From the NCBI GenBank assembly GCA_905250025.1, contig CAJNOJ010000205.1:17730-80291 (forward strand): DNA of 62,562 nt, written 5' to 3'. Every line of letters starts with the position of its first letter. Position 1 is the stretch's first letter. Below, one piece after another: positions 34,492-46,089 of the stretch. Both the position numbers and the translations under genes were made by a program. A model generated the notes under the pieces. It had not been told where the DNA came from. It was given only the letters and a program-made list of their open reading frames with translations, and did not search any database. The DNA is from Adineta ricciae. Its lineage: Eukaryota.

Positions 34492-35085
34492 TTATTGAGT
34501 AATAATGTCTTTTTCTACTTCGAAAACTGGTATTTTTGGTAGTTTTTCGATGAATATTGGAAGATCTATAACAAAGCAACGCCAGAAATCTGGTTTCACA
34601 ATAAATGTCACACAGAGACCACCGCCTGGACAGCACCAACAACCAATATAGTTCTTGCAAGTTTTATTTGCTATTTCCTTGAACTTTTGCGCATTCGCTG
34701 CCATATATCGACGATAAAGGGCCCAGCAATTCGTTGGTGGTTTGATAATTATATCATAAGGAATTAATTTTAACGCACGATATTGATGTTTATCGATAGG
34801 TTCGACTTCGACGACATTTTTATCACATTCAGCTAACCCTTTGAATAGTTCTTCACTTATTTCAAGTTGACCTGTTTCAGTATCAGTTCTTTCGATGGTA
34901 GCTGCATTGATTTTTGAGCAAAAGAGTATTGTAATAGTTAAGATGAATGCTGATGCTTTGTACATTTTGAATGAAGTTGCACAGGATTCTAATCGATATT
35001 TATACGCAAACGAAATATATGTGTGTGCGTAGAAGAAAATGATGCGTAACAAGTATTTATGTCGATCGGTTTCTATTGACGTCAT
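34492..35085 (-). CDS. Small secreted Cys-containing protein, unknown function (likely start at MYKAS…, 34965)
   Basis: ORF with internal Met followed by signal-like FILTITILFCSKINA. CWCCPGGGLC cluster near the C-terminus. No family assignment. Confidence 0.4.
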   Translation of the reverse strand: MTSIETDRHKYLLRIIFFYAHTYISFAYKYRLESCATSFKMYKASAFILTITILFCSKINAATIERTDTETGQLEISEELFKGLAECDKNVVEVEPIDKHQYRALKLIPYDIIIKPPTNCWALYRRYMAANAQKFKEIANKTCKNYIGCWCCPGGGLCVTFIVKPDFWRCFVIDLPIFIEKLPKIPVFEVEKDIITQ

Positions 35086-35449
35086 TGGTTTTGATCATGA
35101 ATGTATGACTTAGTTCGAAATCGATGAGTGATATTTGCGCGCCAGAATATAAAAATAGAACAGAGGAGAAAGTCAGCAGTCAGACCAAATTGGATTTTGA
35201 TGAATAATAATACGTTTTTCTTTTAATACACCTCGATAATTATAGAGAGAGATGCCAGATTTGCGGATGAATAGATAGATGAATTGTAGAGCTTCATCTT
35301 GAAAAAAAAAAGAATCTGTGAGAATGACGTACACGTCAAAATCAGTTGCATTATAATCTTCTCTCTGACAGCAGAAAGAAATGGCGTGTATGTAAAGTCT
35401 TTCTGAAGAATCTAATATACTTCAGTATTTACGCTTATACTGATTACCA

Positions 35450-36463
35450 ATGTCAGTCGCTTCTGCTTCCAGTCTAACAACTATATTCAACGGCGTCAAT
35501 TGGTCGTTTAACTATGTTATACTACCGATTTGTTTCATATTGGGAAATTTCGGTAATTGTCTGAATTTGCTGATCTTTGCACGACCGTCATCACGATCAA
35601 ACTCATGTTTTCTTTATTTTCTATCTGCATCGGTTATCAACGTAATTATACTGAATTTCGGTCTTGTACTTCGTTTACTGCGTGGCTTGTGGAGTATTGA
35701 TCCTGCGCTAACCTTATTATGGTTTTGCCGTTTACGTACCTATTTGATAGGAGCAAGTTTTTTAATCTATCGATTATCGATCCTGTTCGCCTGTGTTGAT
35801 CGAATGTGTGCGAGTTCCCGCAGTGCATGGATACGAATGGAAAGTCGTCCGAAAGTTGCTCATCGTTTGATCATATTGATATGGATCTTTTGTGTCATCT
35901 ATTTATCACCATCTCTAATATATCAGACGATAGTCTATGGTCAATGTTTGGCACCACCGAACACGATTTATGCAACTTACTCAACTATATCCACTTTGAT
36001 TCAAGGATTGTTCATTCCTTCGAGTATGATTCTGTGTGGTGTCATTACTTTTCTTCATTTGAAGACGATGCAAAAACGAGTTGAACCACAACATCATCTC
36101 ACAGGACAAAATGAGCGTCACGTCCTCGGTCAATACCTTGCGATGTTAGTTGTCCAAGTTATTACCGATTTCTTATGTAATATATTGTACCCGGCTTATT
36201 TAATCTATAATCTTATCTATCCAGCACCAACTCCGACAACTTTATTCATTTTGAATCTGGCATTCACAACACCTTATTTAAACTTCGGCGCCGCATTTTA
36301 TTTGTATACATTATCAAGTCCAAAATTTCGTCGTAAATTAGTTCGTGTTTTGAAACAAATCAAATGGATTCGTGAAAATTCACCGGATGATCGAAGTCAT
36401 GGACACACCGCAACTGTAGCTTCATTGCGTCATCAACCAGTTATATCTGCTTTGTATGCATAG
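35450..36463 (+). CDS. Rhodopsin-like 7TM GPCR (337 aa, intronless)
   Basis: Seven hydrophobic helices. TM1 LPICFILGNFGNCLNLLIFAR. DRM-like CVDRMCASS after TM3. TM7 PYLNFGAAFYLYTLSSPKFRRK with a helix-8-like basic tail. Confidence 0.85.
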   Translation: MSVASASSLTTIFNGVNWSFNYVILPICFILGNFGNCLNLLIFARPSSRSNSCFLYFLSASVINVIILNFGLVLRLLRGLWSIDPALTLLWFCRLRTYLIGASFLIYRLSILFACVDRMCASSRSAWIRMESRPKVAHRLIILIWIFCVIYLSPSLIYQTIVYGQCLAPPNTIYATYSTISTLIQGLFIPSSMILCGVITFLHLKTMQKRVEPQHHLTGQNERHVLGQYLAMLVVQVITDFLCNILYPAYLIYNLIYPAPTPTTLFILNLAFTTPYLNFGAAFYLYTLSSPKFRRKLVRVLKQIKWIRENSPDDRSHGHTATVASLRHQPVISALYA

Positions 36464-37344
36464 TTTTCTCAGTATGCATTTGATATTGTGTGTGGTATCA
36501 CACCTATTTTCTCTTGTCCTTATCTTACAACAAGATAGTATACCATACTGAAGTCACCAGCTCGTTCGTCATTTTAGAGAAAGTACTCTTGAAAATCGAA
36601 TACAGCAAATTTTCAAGAGAATAAAACTTATTATTGCGGCATTAAAGGGTACTGTGACTCGAGTACTATTTTCGATGAGATTTTATATGATCATACATCA
36701 CGTACTTCACTTCGTCCTGTTCATGATTCTATCAAACGTGCTTTGGATGATCTTTGTTCTCGCGGTAGTCTTATCGGATGTATCAAGTCAAGATGTCAAC
36801 GAAGGGCTATATAAGCTCATTTCACCTATGTTAGAATAGTACAATACTGATCACCAGAAGCGAAAAATACTTTCACTTTCATTCTGAATTGATCGTATAG
36901 TGCAATAAAAATAGGAATATTGAAGGAGATGAAAGTACTACCGATGACAAATATGGTTGTCACAATTGAAAAGACAGAAGAAAATGCAGACAAAAATAGG
37001 TCACAAATGACACTTGATGAAACATTCATTTTAGTATGAGCTTTGCCAAATTGAAATATTGTTATTTTTTCATCGGATTTTGTTTTATGATAATATTAAT
37101 CTTCTAAATCGACAGAAATTTGATGAAAATTCTACTTTTGATTCGAGTGGATCGGATTCTTAAAGAAAGGCATCATACCATGTCCTGAAAAGTCAGATAT
37201 CTCAAAACTACGCGCTTGTCAACTGCATCCTTGCCTGAATTTTTTCTAGAAATGACTATTTTTGGCAAGTAGAAGTAGGAGGTTCGTAATTAAATACCAC
37301 GAAAACTTAATGTACTTTCTCATTTACAAACCTATCCGCAACAA

Positions 37345-38070
37345 ATGTCAGTCGCTTCTGCTTCTAGTCTAACAACTATATTCAACGGCGTCAATTGGTT
37401 GTTTAACTATGTTATACTACCCATTTGTTTCATATTAGGAAATTTCGGTAATTGCCTGAATCTGCTGATCTTTGCACGACCGTCATCACGATCAAACTCA
37501 TGTTATCAACGTAATTATACTGAATTTCGGTCTTGTACTCCGTTTACTGCGTGACTTATGGAATATTGATCCTGCTTAACTTCGTCGTGGTTCGGTCGTA
37601 TACAAGTCAAACGAGCTTTTATATCTATCAACCATCAGTTCTGTTTGCTTGTGTTTATCGAATGTGTACAAGTTCTCGAAATATTTGGCTACGAATGGAA
37701 AGTCGCCCAAAAATTGCTTATCGACTCATCATATCGGCACCAATCTTTTGTGTGACTTGTTCATCACCGACGTTGACCTATCGCACAGTGGTCTGTGGTC
37801 AATGTTTAGCACCACCGAACACTATCTATGCGACTTTCTCAACAGTATATGCATTGATTCAAGAATTGCTCATTCCTTCATGTATGGTTTTGTGTGGTTT
37901 CATGAGTTGTCCAAGTTATCACTGATTTCTGATGTAATATATTGTATCCAGCTACTTCAATCTACAGCCTCATGTTTCCAAACACCAACGCAAACAAGTT
38001 TATTCATCTTGAACTTGTCATTTGTCTTACCATACCTGAATTTCGGTGGTACTATTTTATTTATATAATT
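37345..38070 (+). pseudogene. Frameshifted tandem duplicate of the GPCR at 35450..36463
   Basis: The first about 160 nt are nearly identical to 35450-35610 (MSVASASSLTTIFNGVNW[L/S]FNYVILPICFILGNFGNCLNLLIFARPSSRSNSC). A deletion of about 35 bp removes the end of TM1 and shifts the frame. Downstream homology continues in other frames (…CVYRMCTSSRNIWLRMESRPKIAYRLII…; …PYLNFGGTILF) with further stops. Confidence 0.7.
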
Positions 38071-38288
38071 GAACTCATGTTTTGAAACGAGTCAGATAGA
38101 TTCGTCGAAACTCACCAAATGGTCAACACACTCGAAGTTATGGAAATACCCCTACTCTTAGTTACCGTGCGTCTTCGAGAAATAACAGCGTTATATCATT
38201 AGTTGTTTCATTGTCTCAGTGTGAATGGCAACATGTTAAGCGGATAGAATCTTTATTAATTCATCTCTTTTAGAGTTAAATGAACTTA

Positions 38289-39242
38289 TTAACGAGGATT
38301 CATAATAATTGTATGGACGTCATTTGTTGGGACGATTTGAGAATGACGTAAAACGTTACTACGACAGAGATTGATGAATTCAAGTCGGAATGGTTTGGAT
38401 ATTGAAATAAATAAATAGAATGGAACAACACCAGTTAGGTAGATAAGCATCAGAGTGATAAAACTAAAGAAGGCTTCTATTTCTAACCTCTCTATGGTTT
38501 TATTCGTCACATAGTATGTCAATGCACCATAGAGAAGGTTAGTTCCATATGGAACCGATGAGATGATATTAATGACAACTTCAGTAATGACCATATATGC
38601 AAGATGACGATCTAATTTTCTGGCAGAGACTTGACTTGCATTATGACGCTGATACAGATCACGAATCGTTAAAAGACTGAAGACTGCCATTAAGATAGGA
38701 GGTGTAAAAGTAAAAAAAATAATTTGATAAATTGCATACGATAACTTGTACATGCCGAACATTCCACAAGTGCCGGCGCTGTTAATATATATCAATATGG
38801 GCATATGCAGAGGAACTAATGTGCATATAACGCACATAATGCAAACAAGTATTACTGCTGCTTTAATCGAGCTGAATGAGCGAAGACGCACGTTTGCTCG
38901 TGTAGCAAAATATCGATCGATACAAGCAAGAACGACTGCATATCGAAGAAAAAGACTGAATGTATGGCTGCCGTATTGCCGTACTTTACAATAGAAGACG
39001 GATTGAGTTTGAAGATCCGTGTTATTAAGTGCATAAAGCAATGGAGGAAGCGTCCAAAGTAAAAACATGATTGAAAATATTGATAAGGAAAGGAGATAAA
39101 TTGAGCTGGGACTACGTCGATATGCTCGGCGTGTAAATATTAGACAGTTGCAAATACTGCCGACGATACCTAAGATAAGATATAAGCTAACACCATACCG
39201 AATGATTTCTCGTTGAATAGCTGGTAACCATGTTACTGCCAT
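38289..39242 (-). CDS. Rhodopsin-like 7TM GPCR, divergent from the neighbouring pair (317 aa)
   Basis: Seven TM helices. TM1 LYLILGIVGSICNCLIFTRR. DRY-like ACIDRYFATR. Proline-containing TM6/7. Intronless ORF. Confidence 0.85.
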   Translation of the reverse strand: MAVTWLPAIQREIIRYGVSLYLILGIVGSICNCLIFTRRAYRRSPSSIYLLSLSIFSIMFLLWTLPPLLYALNNTDLQTQSVFYCKVRQYGSHTFSLFLRYAVVLACIDRYFATRANVRLRSFSSIKAAVILVCIMCVICTLVPLHMPILIYINSAGTCGMFGMYKLSYAIYQIIFFTFTPPILMAVFSLLTIRDLYQRHNASQVSARKLDRHLAYMVITEVVINIISSVPYGTNLLYGALTYYVTNKTIERLEIEAFFSFITLMLIYLTGVVPFYLFISISKPFRLEFINLCRSNVLRHSQIVPTNDVHTIIMNPR

Positions 39243-39942
39243 CGTTTTCTTTTCTATTTGTGAAGCTTATTTTTCTGAAGATTTATAAGTAGAGCGAAAC
39301 GTTGGAATTTGTATCAAAATCATCAATACCTATTCATATGGTTCTTCCTGTGTTTTCATTTGCAAATTCATTCTTACAAGTTCATTTTATTGTGAATAAT
39401 GACATACTGTTTATTAGATGTCAACAGAGCAAATACAACACAGGATGAGAAGGTATCTTGTCATTTACAACTTTAAATAAAAGATAAATGTTATAATGTT
39501 ATCAAAGCCATATAGATTCAAATTGCCACATTTCACATATCCATTAATATTCCTTTGTTGTATAGACTGTATTGACTAATCTTCTCGTATTCATCCAAAC
39601 ACACATGCATACATCTAATTCACATGTATGACAGTTACTCACAAATCTATGAGTAAGTCACCTGAAGATATATACGCGGCAGGCATGTTATGTTTCTCCT
39701 GTCACCTTTCTTTTCTCTCGTTCTGTTGCAATACTCTCCCTTTCTCCGGTGTATAATATCGTTTTTCAATGAATCACCGCGAAGAATTTACATTCTCTGC
39801 TTATTCTTATCAATGTATATATATATTTATATAATCTCAACACGATTCATTTTCATATTTTCGTTTCATGATACACAACTACCTAGTAGCATATATTTTA
39901 CAAAGCGGAAAATAATTGCTCTTTAATATTCTCTGTAATTGA

Positions 39943-39955
39943 TGCATATATATAA
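39943..39955 (+). promoter_or_regulatory. TATA-like element upstream of the TMEM63/OSCA gene
   Basis: tatatatataata lies about 45-55 bp upstream of the probable initiator (MASNTT… at 40000) in an AT-rich leader. The call rests on position alone. Confidence 0.15.
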
Positions 39956-39969
39956 TATTCCAGTTTTAT

Positions 39970-42522
39970 TTGCTGACGCGAGTTCATATTAATTTCAGAA
40001 TGGCAAGTAATACGACATTAGCTGCTCAAAGTATGCAGGGTTATTCACTCTCGCAATTTTTTACCACGCTCACCGTTTCTGCAATCATTGCTAGTATTGA
40101 AGTTGTTTTATTTATTATTATCAGGACGATATTTAAACGTATCTATGAGCCAAAAACATATCTTGGAGACGAAAAACAACGTGTTAAACCGTTACCTCGC
40201 ACACCATACGGATGGTTACCTGCTCTATTAAAAATGCCGACAGAAGATCTCATTCGTACATCTGGCCTTGACGCTTATTTATTTGCACGTTATCTCTACA
40301 TTCATGCTTTGTTTTTCTTGAGTTCCTTTCTTCTCCTAGGAGTTATTCTATTTCCGATCTACACAGTTAATGGTAAAGGTGCGACTTTGGGTAAGACTGG
40401 ACTGGATATTCTAACATTCGGAAACATTACACCACGTCATTCGCTACGATATATAGCTCCGTTGATACTAGCATATGTTTTCATCGGTGCATATCTTCTT
40501 CTTCTGTACGTCGAAATGAAGGTTTTCGTTGGGAAGCGTCAAGCGCTATTACGAAATGCAGCATATCAATCTCGTGCTAGTGCAACAACGATTCTTGTCA
40601 CTGCTATACCAAAACCCTATTTACATGTCGATGTTCTCCACCGAATTTTCGATCAATTTCCCGGTGGAGTGAAATATATTTGGCTCAATCGAAATCTCGA
40701 AGATCTTCCGGATAAGGCAGAACAACGTATGGAGTTAGTTGAAAAACTCGAAACAGTCCTGTCCAAATTGATGAAAACCGTATTGAAAAACAAGGCGAAG
40801 TCGAAAACGAACCTGAAGGTTCATACTACAATCGAAGAAGAAGGTATGATTAATCATTACATCCCACAAAAGAAACGTCCAACAATGCGAGTTGGATCCA
40901 TACCAGTACTGTCATCATTGTGTTGTGGCAAAAAAGTCGATGCTATCACACATTGTAAAGCGACAATTTCGAAGTTGAATACGGAAATCGAGGGAGCACA
41001 ATCAAATTTAAAAGATTATAAGCCAATCAATTCTGCATTTATTCAGTTTAATTCGCAAATAGCCGCACATATGGCTGTACAGAGTGTTGCGGCGTCCATC
41101 CCGCTCGCCATGACGCCGCGATATATCGACATCAGACCATTGAATATAGTCTGGTCGAATCTAAGGTTAACCTACTACGAACTGAAAGTCAGAAAACTCA
41201 TCATGGTTGCAGCAACAGCAGCACTCATTGTCTTCTGGACTATTCCCGTCACATTCGTCGGTATTCTTTCTAACATTACATATCTTACGGATAAAATCAC
41301 CTTCCTAAAAGTCATTTATAAACTACCGACAGCATTTCTCGGTCTCGTCACTGGCCTCCTACCAACAGTTCTATTGGCTATTTTGATGGCATTGTTACCT
41401 ATTGTTTTGAAATTATTAGCAAATCTGTCCGGTAAACCTACAACGGATGCTATTGATCGTTATGTTCAAGGTTCTTACTTTGTTTTTCAAGTGATACATG
41501 CATTTTTATTTGTGACCATTTCGAGCAGTGTCTCGAGTGTAGCTGTTGAGATTATTCAAAACCCGCCACTAGCTGCAACTATTCTCGCTGCGAATATTCC
41601 AACTGCCAGTAATTTCTTCTTTAGTTTTATCGCACTGCAGGGATTAAGCGTAGCTTGTGGTGTTCTTTTACAAGTTTTCACCTTAATTTCTTTTTATCTC
41701 CTTGGTAAATTGTTCGATAATACGCCACGAAAGATCTGGAGACGATATTTCACGCTTTCAAGTCTCAGCTGGGGCACGATCTTTCCTGTGTTTACAAATT
41801 TCGCTGTTATCACTTTAGTTTATTCGATAATCGCCCCCCTAATCCTGATCATATCCGGTTTGGCGTTTGTTTTGTTTTACATTGCTTATGCATATACGAT
41901 GTTTTATGTGAACGATTTTCCCAACGATTCTGGCGGTCTTGCTTTCCCAAGAGCAATTTACCAGTCATTTACCGGTGTCTATTTAATGGAAATTATGCTT
42001 GCAGCTCTGTTTTTTCTCGTACAGAATGAGCGCGGCGCACAAGCTGCTGTTCCTCAAGGTGCTCTGATGTGTGTCTTAATCATCATTACAATTGCTGTCC
42101 ACATGACGATACAATCGAGTTTCGATCCACTGACATATTATCTACCGGTTGATGCGGAAGAATACGCACAATTAGAAAATCCAGGCGTACGAAGATTCCC
42201 AATAGCGAGAACGGCCATTCATATGATCAATCAGTGTCGAACGACGAATATGAATAATGTTGTCGTAGACTTCTACGATAACACAATGGAAAATGCATAC
42301 ATGCATCCAGCACTACGAGATCCTACGCCAATTGTATGGATTCCAGAGGACAATTTAGGCATTGCAGCGGATGAGATTCAACGAACTAAAGAATCACATC
42401 CAAATGTTTTGATGTCAACGAAAGGCGCGACATTCAATGAGAAGATCAAAATTGTGGTTAAATCTCATCCACCTGATTATTTCAAAGCACAAGGCGAAGA
42501 TATTATTCAAGCACGATTTTGA
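39970..42522 (+). CDS. TMEM63/OSCA/CSC1-family mechanosensitive, calcium-permeable cation channel (850 aa, single exon)
   Basis: N-terminus YEPKTYLGDEKQRVKPLPRTPYGWLPALLKMPTEDLIRTSGLDAYLFARYL is the RSN1_TM/late-exocytosis signature. A cytosolic PHM7-like domain follows, then a C-terminal multi-helix RSN1_7TM region (…FFFSFIALQGLSVACGVLLQVFTLI…). Confidence 0.85.
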   Translation: MLTRVHINFRMASNTTLAAQSMQGYSLSQFFTTLTVSAIIASIEVVLFIIIRTIFKRIYEPKTYLGDEKQRVKPLPRTPYGWLPALLKMPTEDLIRTSGLDAYLFARYLYIHALFFLSSFLLLGVILFPIYTVNGKGATLGKTGLDILTFGNITPRHSLRYIAPLILAYVFIGAYLLLLYVEMKVFVGKRQALLRNAAYQSRASATTILVTAIPKPYLHVDVLHRIFDQFPGGVKYIWLNRNLEDLPDKAEQRMELVEKLETVLSKLMKTVLKNKAKSKTNLKVHTTIEEEGMINHYIPQKKRPTMRVGSIPVLSSLCCGKKVDAITHCKATISKLNTEIEGAQSNLKDYKPINSAFIQFNSQIAAHMAVQSVAASIPLAMTPRYIDIRPLNIVWSNLRLTYYELKVRKLIMVAATAALIVFWTIPVTFVGILSNITYLTDKITFLKVIYKLPTAFLGLVTGLLPTVLLAILMALLPIVLKLLANLSGKPTTDAIDRYVQGSYFVFQVIHAFLFVTISSSVSSVAVEIIQNPPLAATILAANIPTASNFFFSFIALQGLSVACGVLLQVFTLISFYLLGKLFDNTPRKIWRRYFTLSSLSWGTIFPVFTNFAVITLVYSIIAPLILIISGLAFVLFYIAYAYTMFYVNDFPNDSGGLAFPRAIYQSFTGVYLMEIMLAALFFLVQNERGAQAAVPQGALMCVLIIITIAVHMTIQSSFDPLTYYLPVDAEEYAQLENPGVRRFPIARTAIHMINQCRTTNMNNVVVDFYDNTMENAYMHPALRDPTPIVWIPEDNLGIAADEIQRTKESHPNVLMSTKGATFNEKIKIVVKSHPPDYFKAQGEDIIQARF

Positions 42523-42762
42523 GATTTTCATTTGTAATCATAAATTACGAGCAGTATGTAAATTTCATAAAAATCATATCGTTAGACAAGTCAAAAGTCA
42601 AATCTGAATGGATGAGAATGGAATTTAAAATCTTTTCGATCAACTTATAAATAAAAAAAAGATATTTGAAAAAAAGATAGTCTAATTTATTTGAACAAGA
42701 TAAGAAGACAAGTAATCTGCAAGAATTCACAAAAGAATCACACCCATATTCAATACATGTCA

Positions 42763-45306
42763 TTAAATTATTGTTTGTAACATTTGACGGCCCCATTCAA
42801 CGATTATTTGAACATCGGGTGTCAAATCAATAATCGTACCGTTATCTACTCCGTATGACTGCCATTGTTTGAAACTAAGCTTTGTACTGGTACCATTGAT
42901 ATTGCATGGAAATATTGCTTCAGTACCATTTGGAATGTATATTTTATTGTTTGCTAAATAGGGTACAAATAAATCAGCAGTATCACAGTTTCCGATAACA
43001 TAAGGCACTGGAATTTTATAAAGTATGCAAGTATTGTTCATCCAAACTTCATTCCATCCGCTAAAACCTCGTCGAGGTGCATAAAAGCCCAAACATGTAT
43101 TACTACCGAAATCACCTCGATTCATATCTGCGTAGACGTAGATTTGATGATGATCTTTCTTTGAGTGACCTAGAAAATTCTTTTTACCACCATAGACATG
43201 AAAATTATAACTGTCTTCGTAGAAACAACTGCCATCATCATGATCGATAGGCCACAGAGCATTATAATTGTTAAAAATCGTGTTATGGTGAATATAACTG
43301 TAATGTTGCCAGAGTGAAGGCACGCCAGGTTGAGTCGCATCACTCAAAAACGGTTGCCGATCCCATGTATTGATAGGTCCATGATCACTCGTTTCCCGAA
43401 CTGTGTTGAACATTACATTCCAACTGAGTGTATGATTCCCATAATAACCGTCATTGATATTGATTGCCGCGCGTGGTACATTAAACATTAGATTACCAAT
43501 GACAGATACACTGCGACTAACAGCGATTAGCACAGGCGAAGATTGTTTATTGTAAATACCGGTTTCATGCATTAAATTCGATTGTATCAGTGTATTTGCC
43601 GGTTGACTTCGCACACTAAACCCATCGATTCCATTCGTACTACCGACGAGAATGATCGCTGAGTCTGCTAACCATACAAATTCATTCATAACAATCGAAG
43701 TTGCATCGTTATAATCGATTAGTGCGATACCATTGCTGCCTAGTTGTGTAAATAAATTTCGTGATATACTAACATCTTTCGTATTCATTAGATATAGAGT
43801 ACCGCCTCGATGAACAGCCCAATCGCCGCCACCTGGTACCATATATTCCCGCATGTATGTACTCGTCGTTTCTGATAGTATTAAACCTTCGAATCGTACA
43901 TTATAGATTGGATCATCAATACTAATACCACGCAAAGAAATAAGACAAGGAACTTGACTGGCAACGAAAGCGTTCGGCATCGTTTCATTAGGCATAAAGT
44001 AGAGAGTACGGCTATCTTTATCTAGAAACCATTCGTTGGGTGAATCGAGTTCTTCGAAAATATTAGCGACATAAAATGCGCCACCCCAACTTAAACCTCG
44101 TGCTTCTTGAAATCCCCCTCGGCCAAACATAATGGTGTATTCTGTACTATTGACCGACCCTATCTGAAATATCCAGCTGCCCCAATATTCACCTTGAAAT
44201 GTATGCACCAAACCAGCGGTAGACTTAGTCCAATTGCTCATATGTGGTAATGTATCTTTATTCACAGTAATACCGCGAGTAGTTACGTAATTGTCACCAG
44301 CAGGTGGTGCCGCTGTGCTCCAAAAGTTCGTAGGCGGATCAAAAACGTATGCACCACCGCCCACACCAAGTTGAAAATTCGTAAACACCGTACCATTGCG
44401 AAACGGCACTTGTACATGTACTTCTAGACTTCTATTCGGAGTAGGTCCCCACCACTTTTGCCACTCAAAACAAAATCCTGGGTTTTTAGCATATAAGCCT
44501 TGAGTCGATGGATCACCATTCGGATACTTGGCAAGAATCGCACGTTTACCATCAATATATAATTCATTAAATTGATCTAAGTCAATATAGGATGGTATTT
44601 TCGCTTTCATGATGGTACGGTTAGTTGTTGTTTTTGCATGGACAGACCATTGTAATGATAATAACGTACCACCACTTAATATGACACGTTCATCTAGATA
44701 ATTCTGTATCACAAGATTACTATCAGCACTTGTTAACTGAATCGCACCCATTCGACTACTCGATGTAGTTGCATTTGCACCGAGATAGTACGTCCCTTCA
44801 CGTATAACAATGCACATCGTATTGTTACTACCGTATGCGATACGAAACATCCGCGTTAATAATACAGCTGCCTGAATAGTTTTCAAGGGCATTTCAAATG
44901 TTCCATTCCATCGATCGTCACCCGTTTTCCCGTTGACAAATACTGTGCGATAACAGTTATCTGCTTTCGTTTTTTCTCTATTTGCGAACAGTGAAGGACT
45001 ATTGGGTGATCGGTAAGTACGATAGATTGTTTCATTACATTCATCCATTTGAAATGCACTTTCACTGAGTGTTGTCCAGTCACTTTTCCAAAACGGAGGC
45101 GCGATGTACCCAGCCATTTCGATAGTGAAAGCTCTTAGTGCACAGTCGTCCTTGAGAGCAACATTTGGATTTCTGACTCGACCATATCGCGGATCAATCT
45201 TCGTTGAATTCTTCGTTGTACGATGTTCAAGTGAACAGCTCACCATACTGTGTGAGCTATAAATCACAATGAGTAATATAAGTGACATACCAGTGAATAA
45301 TAGCAT
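42763..45306 (-). CDS. Secreted right-handed parallel beta-helix (pectin-lyase-fold, PbH1 repeats) protein (847 aa, intronless)
   Basis: Signal peptide MLLFTGMSLILLIVIYSSHSMVSCS. Repeated PbH1-like turns (VSISRNLFTQLGSNGIALIDYNDATSIVMNEF…; IQSNLMHETGIYNK…SVIGNLMFNVPRAAININDG). Many N-glycosylation sequons. Confidence 0.75.
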   Translation of the reverse strand: MLLFTGMSLILLIVIYSSHSMVSCSLEHRTTKNSTKIDPRYGRVRNPNVALKDDCALRAFTIEMAGYIAPPFWKSDWTTLSESAFQMDECNETIYRTYRSPNSPSLFANREKTKADNCYRTVFVNGKTGDDRWNGTFEMPLKTIQAAVLLTRMFRIAYGSNNTMCIVIREGTYYLGANATTSSSRMGAIQLTSADSNLVIQNYLDERVILSGGTLLSLQWSVHAKTTTNRTIMKAKIPSYIDLDQFNELYIDGKRAILAKYPNGDPSTQGLYAKNPGFCFEWQKWWGPTPNRSLEVHVQVPFRNGTVFTNFQLGVGGGAYVFDPPTNFWSTAAPPAGDNYVTTRGITVNKDTLPHMSNWTKSTAGLVHTFQGEYWGSWIFQIGSVNSTEYTIMFGRGGFQEARGLSWGGAFYVANIFEELDSPNEWFLDKDSRTLYFMPNETMPNAFVASQVPCLISLRGISIDDPIYNVRFEGLILSETTSTYMREYMVPGGGDWAVHRGGTLYLMNTKDVSISRNLFTQLGSNGIALIDYNDATSIVMNEFVWLADSAIILVGSTNGIDGFSVRSQPANTLIQSNLMHETGIYNKQSSPVLIAVSRSVSVIGNLMFNVPRAAININDGYYGNHTLSWNVMFNTVRETSDHGPINTWDRQPFLSDATQPGVPSLWQHYSYIHHNTIFNNYNALWPIDHDDGSCFYEDSYNFHVYGGKKNFLGHSKKDHHQIYVYADMNRGDFGSNTCLGFYAPRRGFSGWNEVWMNNTCILYKIPVPYVIGNCDTADLFVPYLANNKIYIPNGTEAIFPCNINGTSTKLSFKQWQSYGVDNGTIIDLTPDVQIIVEWGRQMLQTII

Positions 45307-46089
45307 TCCTGCAGAATTTCTTTTGTACTATAGAAAAAGACAACGGAACTGTATGCGTATATTCTGTTTGATATTTCAATATAGAAGACCTTGTGTCAAG
45401 TTACATAAGATAACACAGTGATAAGAATGTTTAAAAACAGTTGGATTGGGTCGTATTTACCTTAACTTCTGTTTGATAGATGGAACAATACTGTTGTAAT
45501 AGAATTGAATTTTCTTGTGAATTATAAGCATACATTGATTTGTCTTGGATCATCTGATCGTCAACACTGAATATAAAAATAAAATAATATTTTATACGAT
45601 CGCATGGTTTCTTTGCATGTACCATTGAAAATTCAATCAATGGTATAAAAATGAAGCCAATTACATGACAGTCACTATAGAAGTCGCTCTTTGTTTATTC
45701 TCTCAAGAACACAACGAGGATAGCAAATTCATATGCCTACACAAATTGTTACAAATAATCATTCAGACGTCGTTTGAAATGGAAAAAGCTTTTGCCGGCT
45801 AAAATGCTTTCAAAGTATAACAAGGAAGAAAAAAAGAAAAGCAAAAACTATTTTATGGAGATTCGATGATTGACAGGCAACACATGTTGCTGTTGCTGTC
45901 GACATGTTCCTCAGCTTCATTCGTGTCATTCTCGTGAAAGTGTTGGAATTTTCCTCTTCAACAGTAAGAATGATGTCAGCATTGGGAAAATAAGTTCGAA
46001 ATTATTATAAGTAATAAGATGCAAAATAGAATCGGAATAGATCCATATTCATTTGAGAAAAATTTTCATATCGAATATAATCAACAATT

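Noticed and set aside
39690-39960. An AT-rich tract with (TA)n-like runs (39815-39835, 39940-39955), as a possible MITE or mobile element.
   Set aside because: No terminal inverted repeats or target-site duplications could be identified. More simply it is the promoter/5' leader of the TMEM63-like gene, with simple-sequence slippage.
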